From the NCBI GenBank assembly GCA_976551045.1, contig CDPCPM010000776.1, forward strand, positions 248,001-312,000: a stretch of DNA of 64,000 nt, in the 5' to 3' direction. The translations under genes and the position numbers were made by a program. The notes under the pieces were generated by a model. It made no database searches and had not been told where the DNA came from. It worked only from the letters and a program-made list of their open reading frames with translations. The stretch's first letter is position 1. Each line of letters opens with the position of its first letter. Shown here one piece after another: positions 24,455-36,670 of this stretch. The stretch is from Glaucostegus cemiculus (taxonomy: Eukaryota).

Positions 24455-24810
24455 GGCAGCACAGCAATGCAGCTGGTAGAGCCACTGCCTCACAACACCA
24501 GAGACCGGGGTTCAATCCCAGTCTTGGGTGGTGTCTGCACATTCTCCCTGAGACCAGGTTGGTGTCCTCTGGTTGCTCCAGTTTCCTCCTACATTCCAAA
24601 GGAATGTGGGTTGGTAGACGCTTCAGTAAATTGACTTTAGTGCGTAGGTGAGTGGTAGAATTGGGGGGTGGGGGATAGGGAGAGGAGAAGGGGTAGTTGT
24701 CGAGAATTTGGGAAGAATCAAAAAATAGGATTAATGCAGGATTGATGTAAGTGGGTGCCTTATAGTCAGCACAAACGCAAGGGGCGGAGGGACCTATTTG
24801 TGTGATGTAT
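24455..24810 (+). mobile_element. tRNA-derived SINE
   Basis: ggcagcacagcaatgcagctggtagagccactgcctcaca...gggttcaatccc head, V-type core and a CR1-like tail. Confidence 0.75.
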
Positions 24811-25779
24811 CCCTTTGTGCCTTTCTGCTCCTAACACTATAGGAAGGATGTACTTGCACTGAAGACAATGCAGAGGAGATTCACCATCTGTGGTGTCCTT
24901 ACACAACGAATCTCTCAAATCTTGTCCAGTCCTGCTAAATTGGGTATCTAAACATGATGATAATATTGGGATTATCCCTCCTGCTAGAAACCCCTCTGTA
25001 GTCTCCTGTGGCACTGATGACTTTCAGTTTGACCTCTGTTTTCCAGCTGAAGTTTAAGCAGCAATCTGCAGAGATCTGGCAATGCTTTCTTGCTTTCTAC
25101 CCAGTGCCCTGAATGCTTTTTTAATTATTAGCTTCCAAGGATTTGCAAATACATACCCCAAGTGTCGAGACCCTAGTACTGCATCAGTACATATTGTCTC
25201 TCCATGCTTCTCCCTCAAAATGTATCACCTCACATGAATCTATATCAGTTCCATCTGCCACGTGTCAGACAGTTTTACCAATCCATGTGTCTTCAGGTCT
25301 TCACTATTATTGTGGAATTATGTGTTATCAGTAAAATTGTAAATGTTTTTCCTACACCAAGAAGTCTATCATTTATATATAACAAGATAACCCATGTTCC
25401 CTGTACCCACTCCTTGAGGATTCTGTATTTCTGTCCATTTGGAGAGTCATTACCTGTTCACCCCTACTGCCTGCCCACTAGCATTTGGAAACTCTCTGGA
25501 AAGGGTTCTCATCCTCCGTGGGTGTATGGTAACAATGGGAAACCCTCTCATTGCCTTCTGATTCTCCCCACTCTCGTAGGAAGGTAACTAGGCAACAGCG
25601 GCACATCTGGGCAGAACGCAGCAAGGCACCGTAAATAGTTGTTTCTCAGACTGAAGGATGGAGGGCTGTAGTTCCCCAAGGGGCAGTGCTGGCGACACTG
25701 CATTTTGTTTTGATATGTAACTTGGACTTTGGAACAGAGATTTAGAGAAGATTTGACAGAAGTGTACGTGATTGTAACA

Positions 25780-27637
25780 ACACTTGAATTTTCGTTATTC
25801 TCTATTTTAGGAGCTTCACTCCCTTTTGCACTTACCAAATTAAGTAAATATATGACTAACCCAATCATTAAACATACATTACAAATATGGTTTCAATTTC
25901 ATAAATTCTTTGGATTGACTAAATTTGTTTTGTCAAATCCTATACAATCTAATTTTTTTTTCAACCATCTAGACTAGATACAGCTTTTTCTTTATGGAAA
26001 AGGAAGGGAATAGTATGCTTTCGTGATCTATTCATTGGTAACTGTTTTGCATCTTTTGAACAGCTGTCTAATAAATATAATTTACCTAGATCACATTTTT
26101 TTCGATATTTGCAGATTAGAAAAATTTTTAAAAGCTACTACACCCTCCTTTCCATTTCTTTATAAAGACAAAATCATTGATAAAATTTTAGGTTTTAATC
26201 CTCATCAGAAGGGCTTGACAGCGATAATTTATGATTTAATTATGAAAATACGAGCAGATTCACTGGACAAAATTAAAAATGATTGGGAAAGTGAACTCCA
26301 GATTTCTATATCTATAGAGACTTGAAGAAAATTCTTCATTTAGTTAATACATCCTCAATGTGTGCCAGACACTCATTCATACAGTTTAAAGTTGTGCACA
26401 GGGCCTATATGTCCAAAGATAAGCTAGCTCGTTTTTATGATCGTATAAACCCTATATGTGACAGATGTAAATCGAACGTAGCTTCTTTGTCGCATATGTT
26501 CTGGTCCTGTCCTTATTTGGAAAAATATTGCAAAGACATTTTTAATATTATTTCAGATGTATTGAAAATCGATTTACAACCTCACCCTGTTACTGCAATT
26601 TTTGGATTACCATGGATAAAGTTTGGCCATTTACCTGCTTCTGCTAATCGTATGATTGCTTTTGTTACATTGATGGCCAAACGAGCCATTCTGCTTAAAT
26701 GGAAGGATCCAATACCCCCCACTACCTTTCAATGGTTCTCTCAAACTATATCATGTCTTAATTTGGAAAAAATTAGGAGTGGTACTGTTGATTCTTCGCT
26801 TAAATTTGAAGATATTTGGAGTCCATTTATTCAATACTTTCATATGATGTAGTTTCTCCTTCTATAACTTTTTTTTTAAATTTAGAGAAACGGAGCTGAT
26901 GACATTATATTGTTCTATTTCTATTGAAAATTTTAGCCCAGTTTTTTTTTTCCTTGTTTTGTTTTTTTTGGGGTTTTTTTTAATTCATTTTCGGTTTAAT
27001 TTACTCTATATTATTATGATTTTTTAAAATTGATTTGGGGGCTTTTTTTGTTTTTTTTTCTAATTATATAACAAATCTTTTTCTTTTCTATCTTTTACAT
27101 TACACTTATGAACCGAGAGATTGTTGGAACTATTTCTTTTATATATATCATACTTTATTGCTTTTCTTTATGATTACCTACGATTGTTACTTGATATTTC
27201 TATAATACATGTGTAAACATTGTTGTTATCAGAATCAGAATCAGAATCAGTTTTATTGTCACAACCACATACATACAAAGTATGCAGAGGAGCGATATAC
27301 CGTCCTCCTCAGGTGCTCGTCCCATACAAAAAAATGACATAACAACCAACAGAGACACATACACACTTGGCAGAATACATAGTATAGATCATTACACCTT
27401 AAAAGCTAAGGGGATTGAACTTAAATTCAGGATCGATTTATCGATTTTCACTTACACATATACATGTGCAAAAGACATCAAAGACAATAAAGGACACCTG
27501 GACAAAAACATCAAAACATTAACAGCCCCCCTGCCTCACCCCGCACCGACGACCACCTCCAACCCCCCCAGTCCTACATATCTTATATATCTTAACCTGT
27601 ATTGATTTGTTATCAATAAAAAAAATTGAAAAAGAAC
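25780..27637 (+). mobile_element. 5'-truncated L1/Tx1-clade LINE with 21-bp TSD
   Basis: AT-rich frameshifted ORF2 C-terminus with zinc knuckle CDRCKSNVASLSHMFWSC, T-rich 3'UTR, AATAAA and A-rich tail. Flanked by gaagtgtacgtgat(t/c)gt(a/g)aca at 25759-25779 and 27638-27658. Confidence 0.9.
27232..27606 (-). mobile_element. Rex1-type LINE 3'UTR inserted antisense in the L1 3'UTR
   Basis: (gaatca)n tail; last roughly 150 bp match 36510-36670; flanked by ttgttatca at 27223-27231 and 27607-27615. Confidence 0.85.
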
Positions 27638-28029
27638 GAAGTGTACGTGATCGTGACAGGTTTAGACAAGGTAGACAGAGAGAACCTGTTTCCTGTATAA
27701 GGACTAGATCAACACAGATTTAAGATTTTGTGAAAGAGATACCAGGGAGAAAGAATGTGATGGAAACAAAATGAACCTGTTGGGCTACAGGAACAGAGTA
27801 AGGGAATGGGACTGAATGGGTTGATCTAAGAGCAACAATAGGCTGAGAGGTCAAGTAATCTGCCTTTCCACGGTTGAGTCTATTACCACCTGGTTATGGC
27901 ATCCAGTGTCCAACGCCCCATAGCAACAGCCTATAATGTGACTTGGACATTGCACCTCAGCTTCAGGAAATATCATTTCACATGCCATAACTAATATCGA
28001 CAGTGAAAGTACAGTGGGAAACACAGTGG

Positions 28030-28205
28030 CTCCCACTTTACTTGCTGCTGTTAATGCTGCTGCCTCGTGGCTCCAGGGATCTCTGTTCAACTCTGTCGGT
28101 ACGGAGTTTGCACATTCTCCCTGTAACTGTACGAGTTTCTCCAGGTGCTCTGGTTTCCTCCCACATCCCCAAGATGTGCTGGTCAGTCAATTGGCTGCCA
28201 TAAGT
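28030..28205 (+). mobile_element. Truncated tRNA-derived SINE
   Basis: gctgctgcctcgtggctccaggg...ggagtttgcacattctccc...ggtgctctggtttcctcccacatcccc. Confidence 0.7.
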
Positions 28206-28209
28206 TAGC

Positions 28210-29995
28210 CCTTGGTGTTCCCAAACAGGAAACCATGGATGAACCGGGAGATCCACTCCATACTGAAGAGAGGACTGCTGCACACAGATCTGGTGATCCG
28301 GATCTGTACAAGAAATCGAGGTATGACCTTCGGAAAGCTATAAGGGATGCCTAGAGGCAATACCGACTCAAAATAGAGTCCTTGACCGGCTGCCAGTTAT
28401 GACAGGGCTTACATGCCATAACAGGCTACAAGACGAAGTTGGGCTGCATAGCTAACAGCAGCGCATCCCTTCCTGGTGAACTTAACGCATTCTATGCGCG
28501 GTTTGAACAGAAGGGAAGTGGATTGTCACCATCCACCCTGACCGCCTCAAATGCAGTTGAACCTGTGATCATCGCTGAGGACGTAAGATCAGTCTTCCGG
28601 AGAGTGAACACGAGGAAAGCACCTGGCCCAGATGGTGTCCCTGGCCGTGTGCTCAGATCTTGTGGTGATCAGCTGGCTTAAGTATTTGTGGACATATTTT
28701 ACCTCTCCCTGCTTCAATCTCAGGTTCCCACCTGTTTTAAGAAGACCACTATCATCTGGACAGTAAGGACACCTGTGTTAGACTTTTGTTTATTGACTAC
28801 AGCTCTGCCTTCAATACAATAATCTCAAGCAAACTTGTCACCAAACTCCGAGACCTGGGACTCAACAGCTCCCTCTGTAACTGGATCCTTGACTTTCTAA
28901 CTAACAGACCGCAGTCAGTGAGGATAGGCAGCAATACCTCCGGCACAATTATTCTCAACACTGGTGTCCCACAAGGCTGCATCCTCAGCCCTCTACTCTA
29001 CTCCCTATACACTCATGACTGTGTGGACAGATTCTGCTCTAATTCCATCTACAAGTTTGCAGATGATACCACCATTGTAGGCCGTATCTCAAACAGCGAT
29101 GAGTTGAAGTACAGGAAAGAGATAGAGGGCTTAGTGGAATGGTGTCATGACAACAACCTTTTCCTCAATGTCAACAGAACAAAAGAGCTGGTCATTGACT
29201 TCAGGAAAGGGGGTGGTGTACATGCACCTGTCTACATCAATGGTGCTGAGGTTGGGAGGGTTGACAGCTTCAAGTTCCTGGGCGTGAACATCACAAACAG
29301 CCTGTCCTGGTCAAATCACATAGATCCCACAGTCAAGAAAGCTCACCAGTGCCTCTAATTCCTCAGGAGGCTAAAGAAATTTGGTTTGTCCCCTTTGACT
29401 CTCACCAGCTTTTACCGATGCACCGTAGAAAGCACCCTATCTGGATTATCACAGCTTGGTACGGCATCTGCCCCCGCCAGGACCATAAGAAACTGCAGAG
29501 AGTTGTGGACACAGCCCAGTGCATCACGGACGCCAACCTCCCCTCCTTGGACTTTACCTCTCGCTGTCTTGGTGAAGCAGTCAGCATAATCAAAGACCTC
29601 ACCCACCCGGGACATTCTATCTTCTTTCCCCTTCCATCAGGTAGAAGATACAGGAGTCTGAGGGCACGTACCACCAGATTTAAGGACAGCATCTACACCA
29701 CTGTGATAAGACTATTGAACAGTTCCCTTATACAATGAGATGGATTATGACCTCACGATCTACCTTGTTGTGGCCTTGCACCTTATTGCACTGCACTTTC
29801 TCTGTAGCTGTGACACTGTACTCTTGCTGTTTTTACCTGTACTACATCAATGCACTCTGTACTACCTCAATGTACTCTGTACTAACCCAATGTCACAGCA
29901 CTGTATAATGAATTGACCTGTACGATCAGTATGCAAGACGTTTTTCACTGTACCTCGTACAAGTGCCAATAATAAACCAATACCAATACCAATAA
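28210..29995 (+). mobile_element. Rex1/Babar-clade LINE, degenerate with internal deletion
   Basis: [52 protein letters not shown]; stops and frameshifts; (aatacc)n tail. Confidence 0.93.
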
Positions 29996-30295
29996 TGGCA
30001 AAAAGAATCAAAGGGAATTTGATGGCCATGTGTAAGAGAAAATAAGTTGAAGGGGTACAAGAAAATGAGAAATGAAATTGTTGAGAACACTTACAGAAAC
30101 AGAAGCAGAGTCAACGTTTCAGATCAGAGATCTTTCATCAAATCTGGGAAAAACAGTGAGAAAAACAGGTCATTCTTAACTTGCAGAGAGGGTGGGGAAA
30201 GGGTGGGTGAGGCAAAGGAACTAAGGCAAGGCCAGGGATTCCAGGGTGATCCCACTGTTCTTGGGTTCAGGTTGACAGATTAATGAAGGTGGGGG

Positions 30296-30297
<2 letters not shown>

Positions 30298-30341
<44 letters not shown>
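30298..30341. repeat. (GA)n microsatellite
   Basis: About 20 GA units. Confidence 0.95.
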
Positions 30342-30344
<3 letters not shown>

Positions 30345-32059
30345 TGGGGGGGCAGGCATTTCTCCTGAAACATTAACTCTGTTTCTTTACTCTGTTGAGT
30401 ATTTACAGGAGCTTCTGTTTTTATGGGGGTAGTTTTATCAGCAGTACCTGACATTATGTGAATTTTTCAGTATACCTTGAGGAATCAGTAAATACTGGCT
30501 TCACTTGTCATACTTAGACAGAAACACTTCAGTAAAAGTTTCTCTGCATGCAACAGGATAAACTCCAGACACATGGCTCTTTCAGAACCGATCACAGTAG
30601 GAAGGTTTAGCCAGCCTCCTTCAACCTCAAGATTCATGAGCTGCCAAGATATATGCCATATATAGGTGTGGAACATTGAAGAGGCTGGGGAAAGAGAGCG
30701 GAAGAGAGAAAGGGATCTCCCTCCACCAGTGGCAGGGAAAAGAATAGGAGTGGCAGGTGGAGGAGAAAGAGAGATCGGGTAAAGGGCTGGAAAACGGGAT
30801 GAAGCTCCCTCCATGGATACGCTTCCTAGCAACAGAGACTCTTTGTCAAGTTCTATGGTTGAGTGGGCAGTTCATGCTGGGAATCCTAATGTTCAGCACC
30901 GCTACATAAATGCAGGACTAACAGGCAGAATGGGCACACAGCTAAATGAATACTCAAAGTGCACATTCCTGTCCAAATTAGGATGTTGATTGACATAATG
31001 GCAGCTACATTACTGTGAATACCAAGGGATAACTGCTTTGTGTTACCTGCACACATTTTGTACATTTTTTCCTCTAATCTTGTTATTAATCTTTATTCCA
31101 CTTCTGTTCTGCTCTCTGATGATATGCACTTTACCTTCACCTTGTGACCTGCAGACACAGCCCTCATAGTAAATTGTCTCTGACACATCTCTGATTCATA
31201 TCATCTGTTGTTTTTTTTTAGTTAGGCTTGCTCTGGATTGTGAAATAATATAGTATGGCATCTCTTTTCCGGAGATGTCTGTCAGCAGATTCTGGCTGGA
31301 AATACTGCAGGTTTCCTGAATCACTATTCTTGAGATAATTTAAAGGGTTACATTTTTTCCTGAGGTTGTGGATTATACACACAGAATTTCAGGCTGTCCT
31401 GCCCAACAGGAAAAGAGAAGCATGTAATGCAGAATGTGAGAAAAGTACTTTCCATGTTCTCTTCCTGAGCTGGAATGTAATTGTTTACAGGATGTAAATT
31501 TATTTCATTTACCATCAGCGAGACCTTTGCTAAACTCAGTAAGATGAGTTTATTCACAGTGACCCAGGTCTAAGTGAGAACACAGACCATCCCAGAGTTT
31601 CCTTTACTTGGTTTTGCAATATCTGTACCAAGGTGAGTTTTATTATCCATCCAAATTGCGCTGGAGAAGACGATGAGGATAATCTTCCTCTTGAACTTCT
31701 TTAGTAATTCATTCACCAGGAGTGGATGTCACTGATGATGTTGGCATTCATTATCCACCCCTGATTGTTACAGAATGAAGGGAGCAGTTAAGGCTGAACC
31801 ACAGTGGTGAGCCTGGAGTCACATATGACCCAGATTTCTTCCCTGAAAGGCATTGGTAAATCAATAGCAATAAAACTAAACCAATAAAAGTATCAGTATT
31901 TTTACAATAATGCGGTAGTTTCATGGTAATCATTACTGAGACTGGATTTTGCTTTAATTCCATATTTATTGAACAATCGGAATCTATATTCCCTATCTGA
32001 ACTCATGTCTCTGGATCAATGGTCCAGTACTCTTGTTATCCAGTAACCTGATCACTGTA

Positions 32060-32615
32060 CTGAGTGGGCAAAGATCTGGCAACGGAGTATAATGTGGGAA
32101 AATGTGAGATTCTCCATTTTGGCAGGGAAAGGTAAAGCACATTAATGAGAGATTGTAGAGCTCTGAGACCCAAAGGGTTGTGTGTATCCTAGTGCATCAT
32201 TCACAAAGGATTCATGTGCCGGTACAGCAAGTAATTAGGAAAGTTAGCAGAATGTTGTCAGTTGGAATTTAGGAAAGTGAGACATAAGGATCCTGACGGG
32301 CCCTGATGGGGTGGATGCAGAGAGGGTGTTTCCTCTTGTGGGAGAATCTCTGCACTGGGGGGGGGGGGGGGTCACCATTTAAAATTTAAGTCTGAGATGA
32401 GGTGATTTCTTTTCTCTCAGGTTGTGATGAGTCCTCAGAACTCTCTTCTTCAACAGAAGGTGGAAGCACAGTCTTTGGATATCCTTAAGACAGTGGTAGA
32501 TGAGGAAAGGAGTGAAAGTTTCTCACATGTAGACAGGAATACAGAGTTGAGGTTACAAGAGATCAACCATGATCTTATTAAATAAAGAGCTGGCTTGAGG
32601 GCCAAGTGGTTGGCA
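32060..32615 (+). mobile_element. Degraded CR1 LINE fragment containing a poly-G run
   Basis: tggcaacggagtataatgtgggaaaatgtgag (WQMEYNVGKCE-like) and 3'UTR remnants; G run at about 32357-32371. Confidence 0.7.
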
Positions 32616-33064
32616 AGTACAATGTATAACAGGGTAAGGGTGCTCCCAGAAGGCCACTGAACTGTAGCTTCAAAGATGTGAGCACTCAGTGCCTCAGTTA
32701 GTTTATTTCTACAAATTGTTTGAAACAAAGAAGTTGCAAGTGGTTTGCATTTTGAGATGATGTGGAGGCAAACCATGAAGTGCTGGTGTTCTGCTGTCTG
32801 CTGCCCTTGTCCTTCTGGGTGGTGGAAACCCACGGTTTGGGAGGTGTCGCTGAAGCAGCCTTGGTGAGTGACTGCAGCTGCAGCATTCTGGAACTCAGCA
32901 TCCAAGGACCACCACTGGTTCCCTCTGGGCCAGGTCTGACTTCAGCAAATGGAATGTATTTTTTTCCCTTTTGTATCAATTCTTCTTTAACGACAAGAAC
33001 TTTACTTTCACTTAAAGTAATTACACTAAACTCAAGGAGATAAGAATTCTTACAGAAATGAAAA

Positions 33065-34590
33065 AAAGGCAAATGCTGGAAACATTCAGCAAGTCAGGCA
33101 GCATGTGTACAGAGACAAACAGAGTTAAAGTTTCAGGTCAATGGTATTTCATCAGAATTGGAAAAGGGCAAGGGAAGGAGGATGGGGAATGGAGGAGCGA
33201 GTGGAGGCAACAAAGGGAATATCAGAACAGATAGGATGGAGCCGGAGAACCTGGGAGAATGGTATGGATTCCTTACAGGAAGCAGAGTGGGAGGAGACAT
33301 AGTGGAGATAGCTGTCGGAGTTGTTGGGGGTTGGATTATAATGAATATCGGTTGCTAACCAGTAGTCTGAGATAGAGAAGTCAAGAGAGAGTCAATATGG
33401 GCCACGTAAACGTGAGAGCAGTGTGGAAATTGGCAGCAAGGGTAATCAAATGTTATATCTGAGTGCAGGAAGCAGCACAATACAGGAATTAATATTTTGA
33501 GAAGGGAGGTGGGGTAGGAGAATAAGTAGGGTCAAAGTAGCAACAGTTCCAAGTATCTCACAGAGACAAGGACAGTTTGGGCCCTTGCAATTTCCCATCG
33601 TTACACCTGTAATTTGGAGAAGTGGGTGAAGTTAAGGGAGACGTTGTTCAAGAACAAGCTTATTCAGGCAAAGGAAGGTGCTAGTGGAAGGCCTGTTAGT
33701 CCTCTGCTCAAGTAAGAAGTGAAAGACCCTCATTCCCGTTCTGGAGTGGGATAGAACTGTGCAGGGATTAGACATCCGTGGTGGAGATGCACCATCTGGG
33801 AGCAGGAAAGTGGTAACTGTCAGTGGTAGAGAACATCAGAGGTTCACAGATGTAAGTGGGATGGACTGGACAAAAAGAGAAAGAACTGAGTGAGGGCAGG
33901 AAGAAATAAGCTCTGTGGGGCAAAAGAAGGTGAAACAATGGAGGAAAGATGGGTATACTGGGACTGTGCTAGTGGGGAGGAAAGAGAAGCAGGTTGTGCA
34001 GGGTTTACAGACTCAGAGGTAATGGAGGATCGCTTAGAGGACTGACATCAGTGACTGTCTGGGAGACAATGGCCAAACCTTCAGCACTGAGGCTATGGTC
34101 CAGAGGGAGATATGAAGAGGTGTCTAAGAGCTGACATTCAGACTCTGTGAGGTGGAGGTCAGTTTGCCAAATAACAAGAGCACCTTCCTTGATTAGTTCT
34201 TAGTACACGGGTTACTTCAGGTTAGGGGTCAGAGTGAATAAGGACAGTGGAAACACTCAGACAGTCAATTTAGCATTGGAAGTTAGCCATGAATAGACCT
34301 AGTGGGAGAAATGGGATGGAAGGAAAGGTTCTGCTGGATTGAGAATTCTGGACAGAAGGTCTACAGTCTGGGATGGAAACTCCTGGCTAAAGGACTGTGC
34401 GTAGACATGAGGGCTCAACTTCATTAAGGTGAGGATGTGGGTGGGGGGAGAGGTGCGGTGACAATGGGGCCTCTGCTGAGTGATCGTTCAGGATCAGAGA
34501 GCTCAGGTCAGAAGGGGTAATGAAAACACAGCAGACCGCAGGCAACAATGGGGTCAGAGGAAAGAGATTTCCAGCATCTGCAGTTCTTTG
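33065..34590 (-). mobile_element. Highly degraded Penelope-like element with terminal motif
   Basis: Reverse strand LNNVSLNFTHF-LQITGVTMGNCKGP parallels FLQIKGVAMGTG of the 46900-49750 copy; terminal motif at 33065-33157 and its inverse at about 34560-34590. Confidence 0.7.
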
Positions 34591-34689
34591 CTTATTGAAG
34601 CATCTTTACAGTCTGCTTTGTTTACTGTTCTCAGAGAGCTACCTACTTTGCACCTTTTGAACATAAGAATGTAAGAAATAGGAGCAAGA

Positions 34690-34880
34690 ATAAGATAAGA
34701 TCTTTATTAGTCGCATGTGCATCAAAACACACAGTGAAATGCATCTTTTGTGTAGAGTGTTCTAGGGGCAGCCCACAGGTGTCGCCACGCTTCTGGTGCC
34801 AACACAGCATGCCCACAACTTCCTAACCCGTCCGTCTTTGGAATGTGGGAGGAAACTGGTCACCCGGAGGAAACCCACGC
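34690..34880 (-). mobile_element. SINE 3' half (V core plus Rex1-like tail)
   Basis: Reverse complement of 57320-57505; (ataag)n tail. Confidence 0.85.
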
Positions 34881-35120
34881 ACTCTCGACTCCATGGCCAG
34901 GTGACATATCCTCATTGTACCTATCTTGCAGAGCTCTCTAAGAATTTAGCGTTTTGTACCTTTGATTTCTTTTGTCTTCAGTTTTACCAGAGGTTATTGG
35001 CATCATGCTTGGTATAACATAAAGGCAGTCACTCACACCTTAGCATTGAAGTCCAGTTCTGCGTGTGTGTCTGGACAAACACTATAATGAAGTTTGTAGC
35101 TATATGATCATGCAGAGGGC

Positions 35121-36670
35121 AAACTGCCACCATCATACCTGTTCCTAAGAAGTCTCCTCCAATGTGTCTGAATGACTACCGTCCCATAGCTCTAACACCG
35201 ATTGTCATGAAATACTTTGAGAAGCTAGTTATGAAGCACATTAGAGCCATCCTCCCCCCATCCTTGGATCCTCATCAGTATGCTTATCGGGCAAACAGGT
35301 CCACCGTTGATGCAGTCTCCTCTGCCGTGCACTCTGCACTATATCACTTAGAGAAGAAGGACTCATACTGCCGACTGCTATTCATCGACTTCAGCTCCGC
35401 TTTCAATACCATCATCCCGCAACAGCTAATCAGGAAGTTGAGCGCTCTGGGCATTAACTCTCCTCTCTGCAACTGGATACAGGACTTTCTAACTTGCAGG
35501 CCACAGTCAGTCAAAATTGGTGAAGACACCTCAAGCACCATCACACTGAGCACTGGCTCCCCTCAGGGGTGTGTGCTCAGTCCGCTCCTGTTCACCTTGT
35601 TGACCCACGACTGTGAGGCCAGATTCAGCTCCAACCGCATTGTTAAATTTGCCGATGACACGACAGTGGTGGGTCTTGTCACGAATGACGATGAGTCGGA
35701 CTACAGAGAGGAGGTGAAACAACTAGCCGTGTGGTGCTATGACAACAACCTCTCCTTGAATGTGGATAAAACCAAGGAGATGATAGTGGATTTTAGGAGG
35801 GGTCACCGTGTGCACGCCCCGCTGACCATCAACGGGTCTGCTGTGGAACAAGTACGCAGCACCAAGTTCCTGGGGGTGCACATCACCAACGACCTGACCT
35901 GGTCCACTAACATTATGGCCCTCACGAAGAAAGCTCAGAAACGCCTCTACTTCCTGCGGAGACTGAGGAAAGCGAACCCCCATCCCTCCGTCATGAAAAC
36001 CTTCTATAGGGGGACCATTGAGAACATCCTAACCCAATGTATCACTGCTTGGTTTGGAAGCTGCTCAGCTGCTGGGCGGAAGTCCCTCCAGAAGATAGTT
36101 TGGGCTGCGGAGTGGATCATGGGTGTCTCGCTTCCATCCCTCGCAGACATATACAAAGACCGTTGTGTGAGGAAGACCAAAAGCATAATGGCCGACCCTT
36201 CTCACCCCTCCCACCACCTCTTCACAATTTTGCCATCAGGGAGGAGGCTTAAATGTATCAGGGCAAGAACGACCAGGCTGAACAATAGCTTCTTTCCGCA
36301 AGCCATCAGAACTGCAAACTCTCTCATCCCTCCATAGTTTGTTAACACTAAGAGATGCTAGGTGTACAGAAATGCACCAGCACTTTAAATGCCCGACACC
36401 AGCCCCTTCACTTTAATAACTATTTATTTATTTACCGGCCATTTTTAATTTAATCTGCGTATTAATTTAATTTTAACTTCCGTAGCTTTTAATGTTTAAT
36501 GTTTTGTAATGTTTATTCTGTCAAGTCTGTATGTGTGTCTCTGTTGGTTGTTATGTTATTTTATGGGACGAGCACCTGAGGAGGACGGTATCTCGCTCCT
36601 ATGCATATTATGTATGTATATGGTTGTGACAATAAAACTGATTCTGATTCTGATTCTGATTCTGATTCTG
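35121..36670 (+). mobile_element. Young 5'-truncated Rex1/Babar-clade LINE with uninterrupted RT ORF
   Basis: 391-aa ORF 35162-36337: [53 protein letters not shown]...SFFPQAIR; 3'UTR ends in (ATTCTG)5. Confidence 0.96.
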
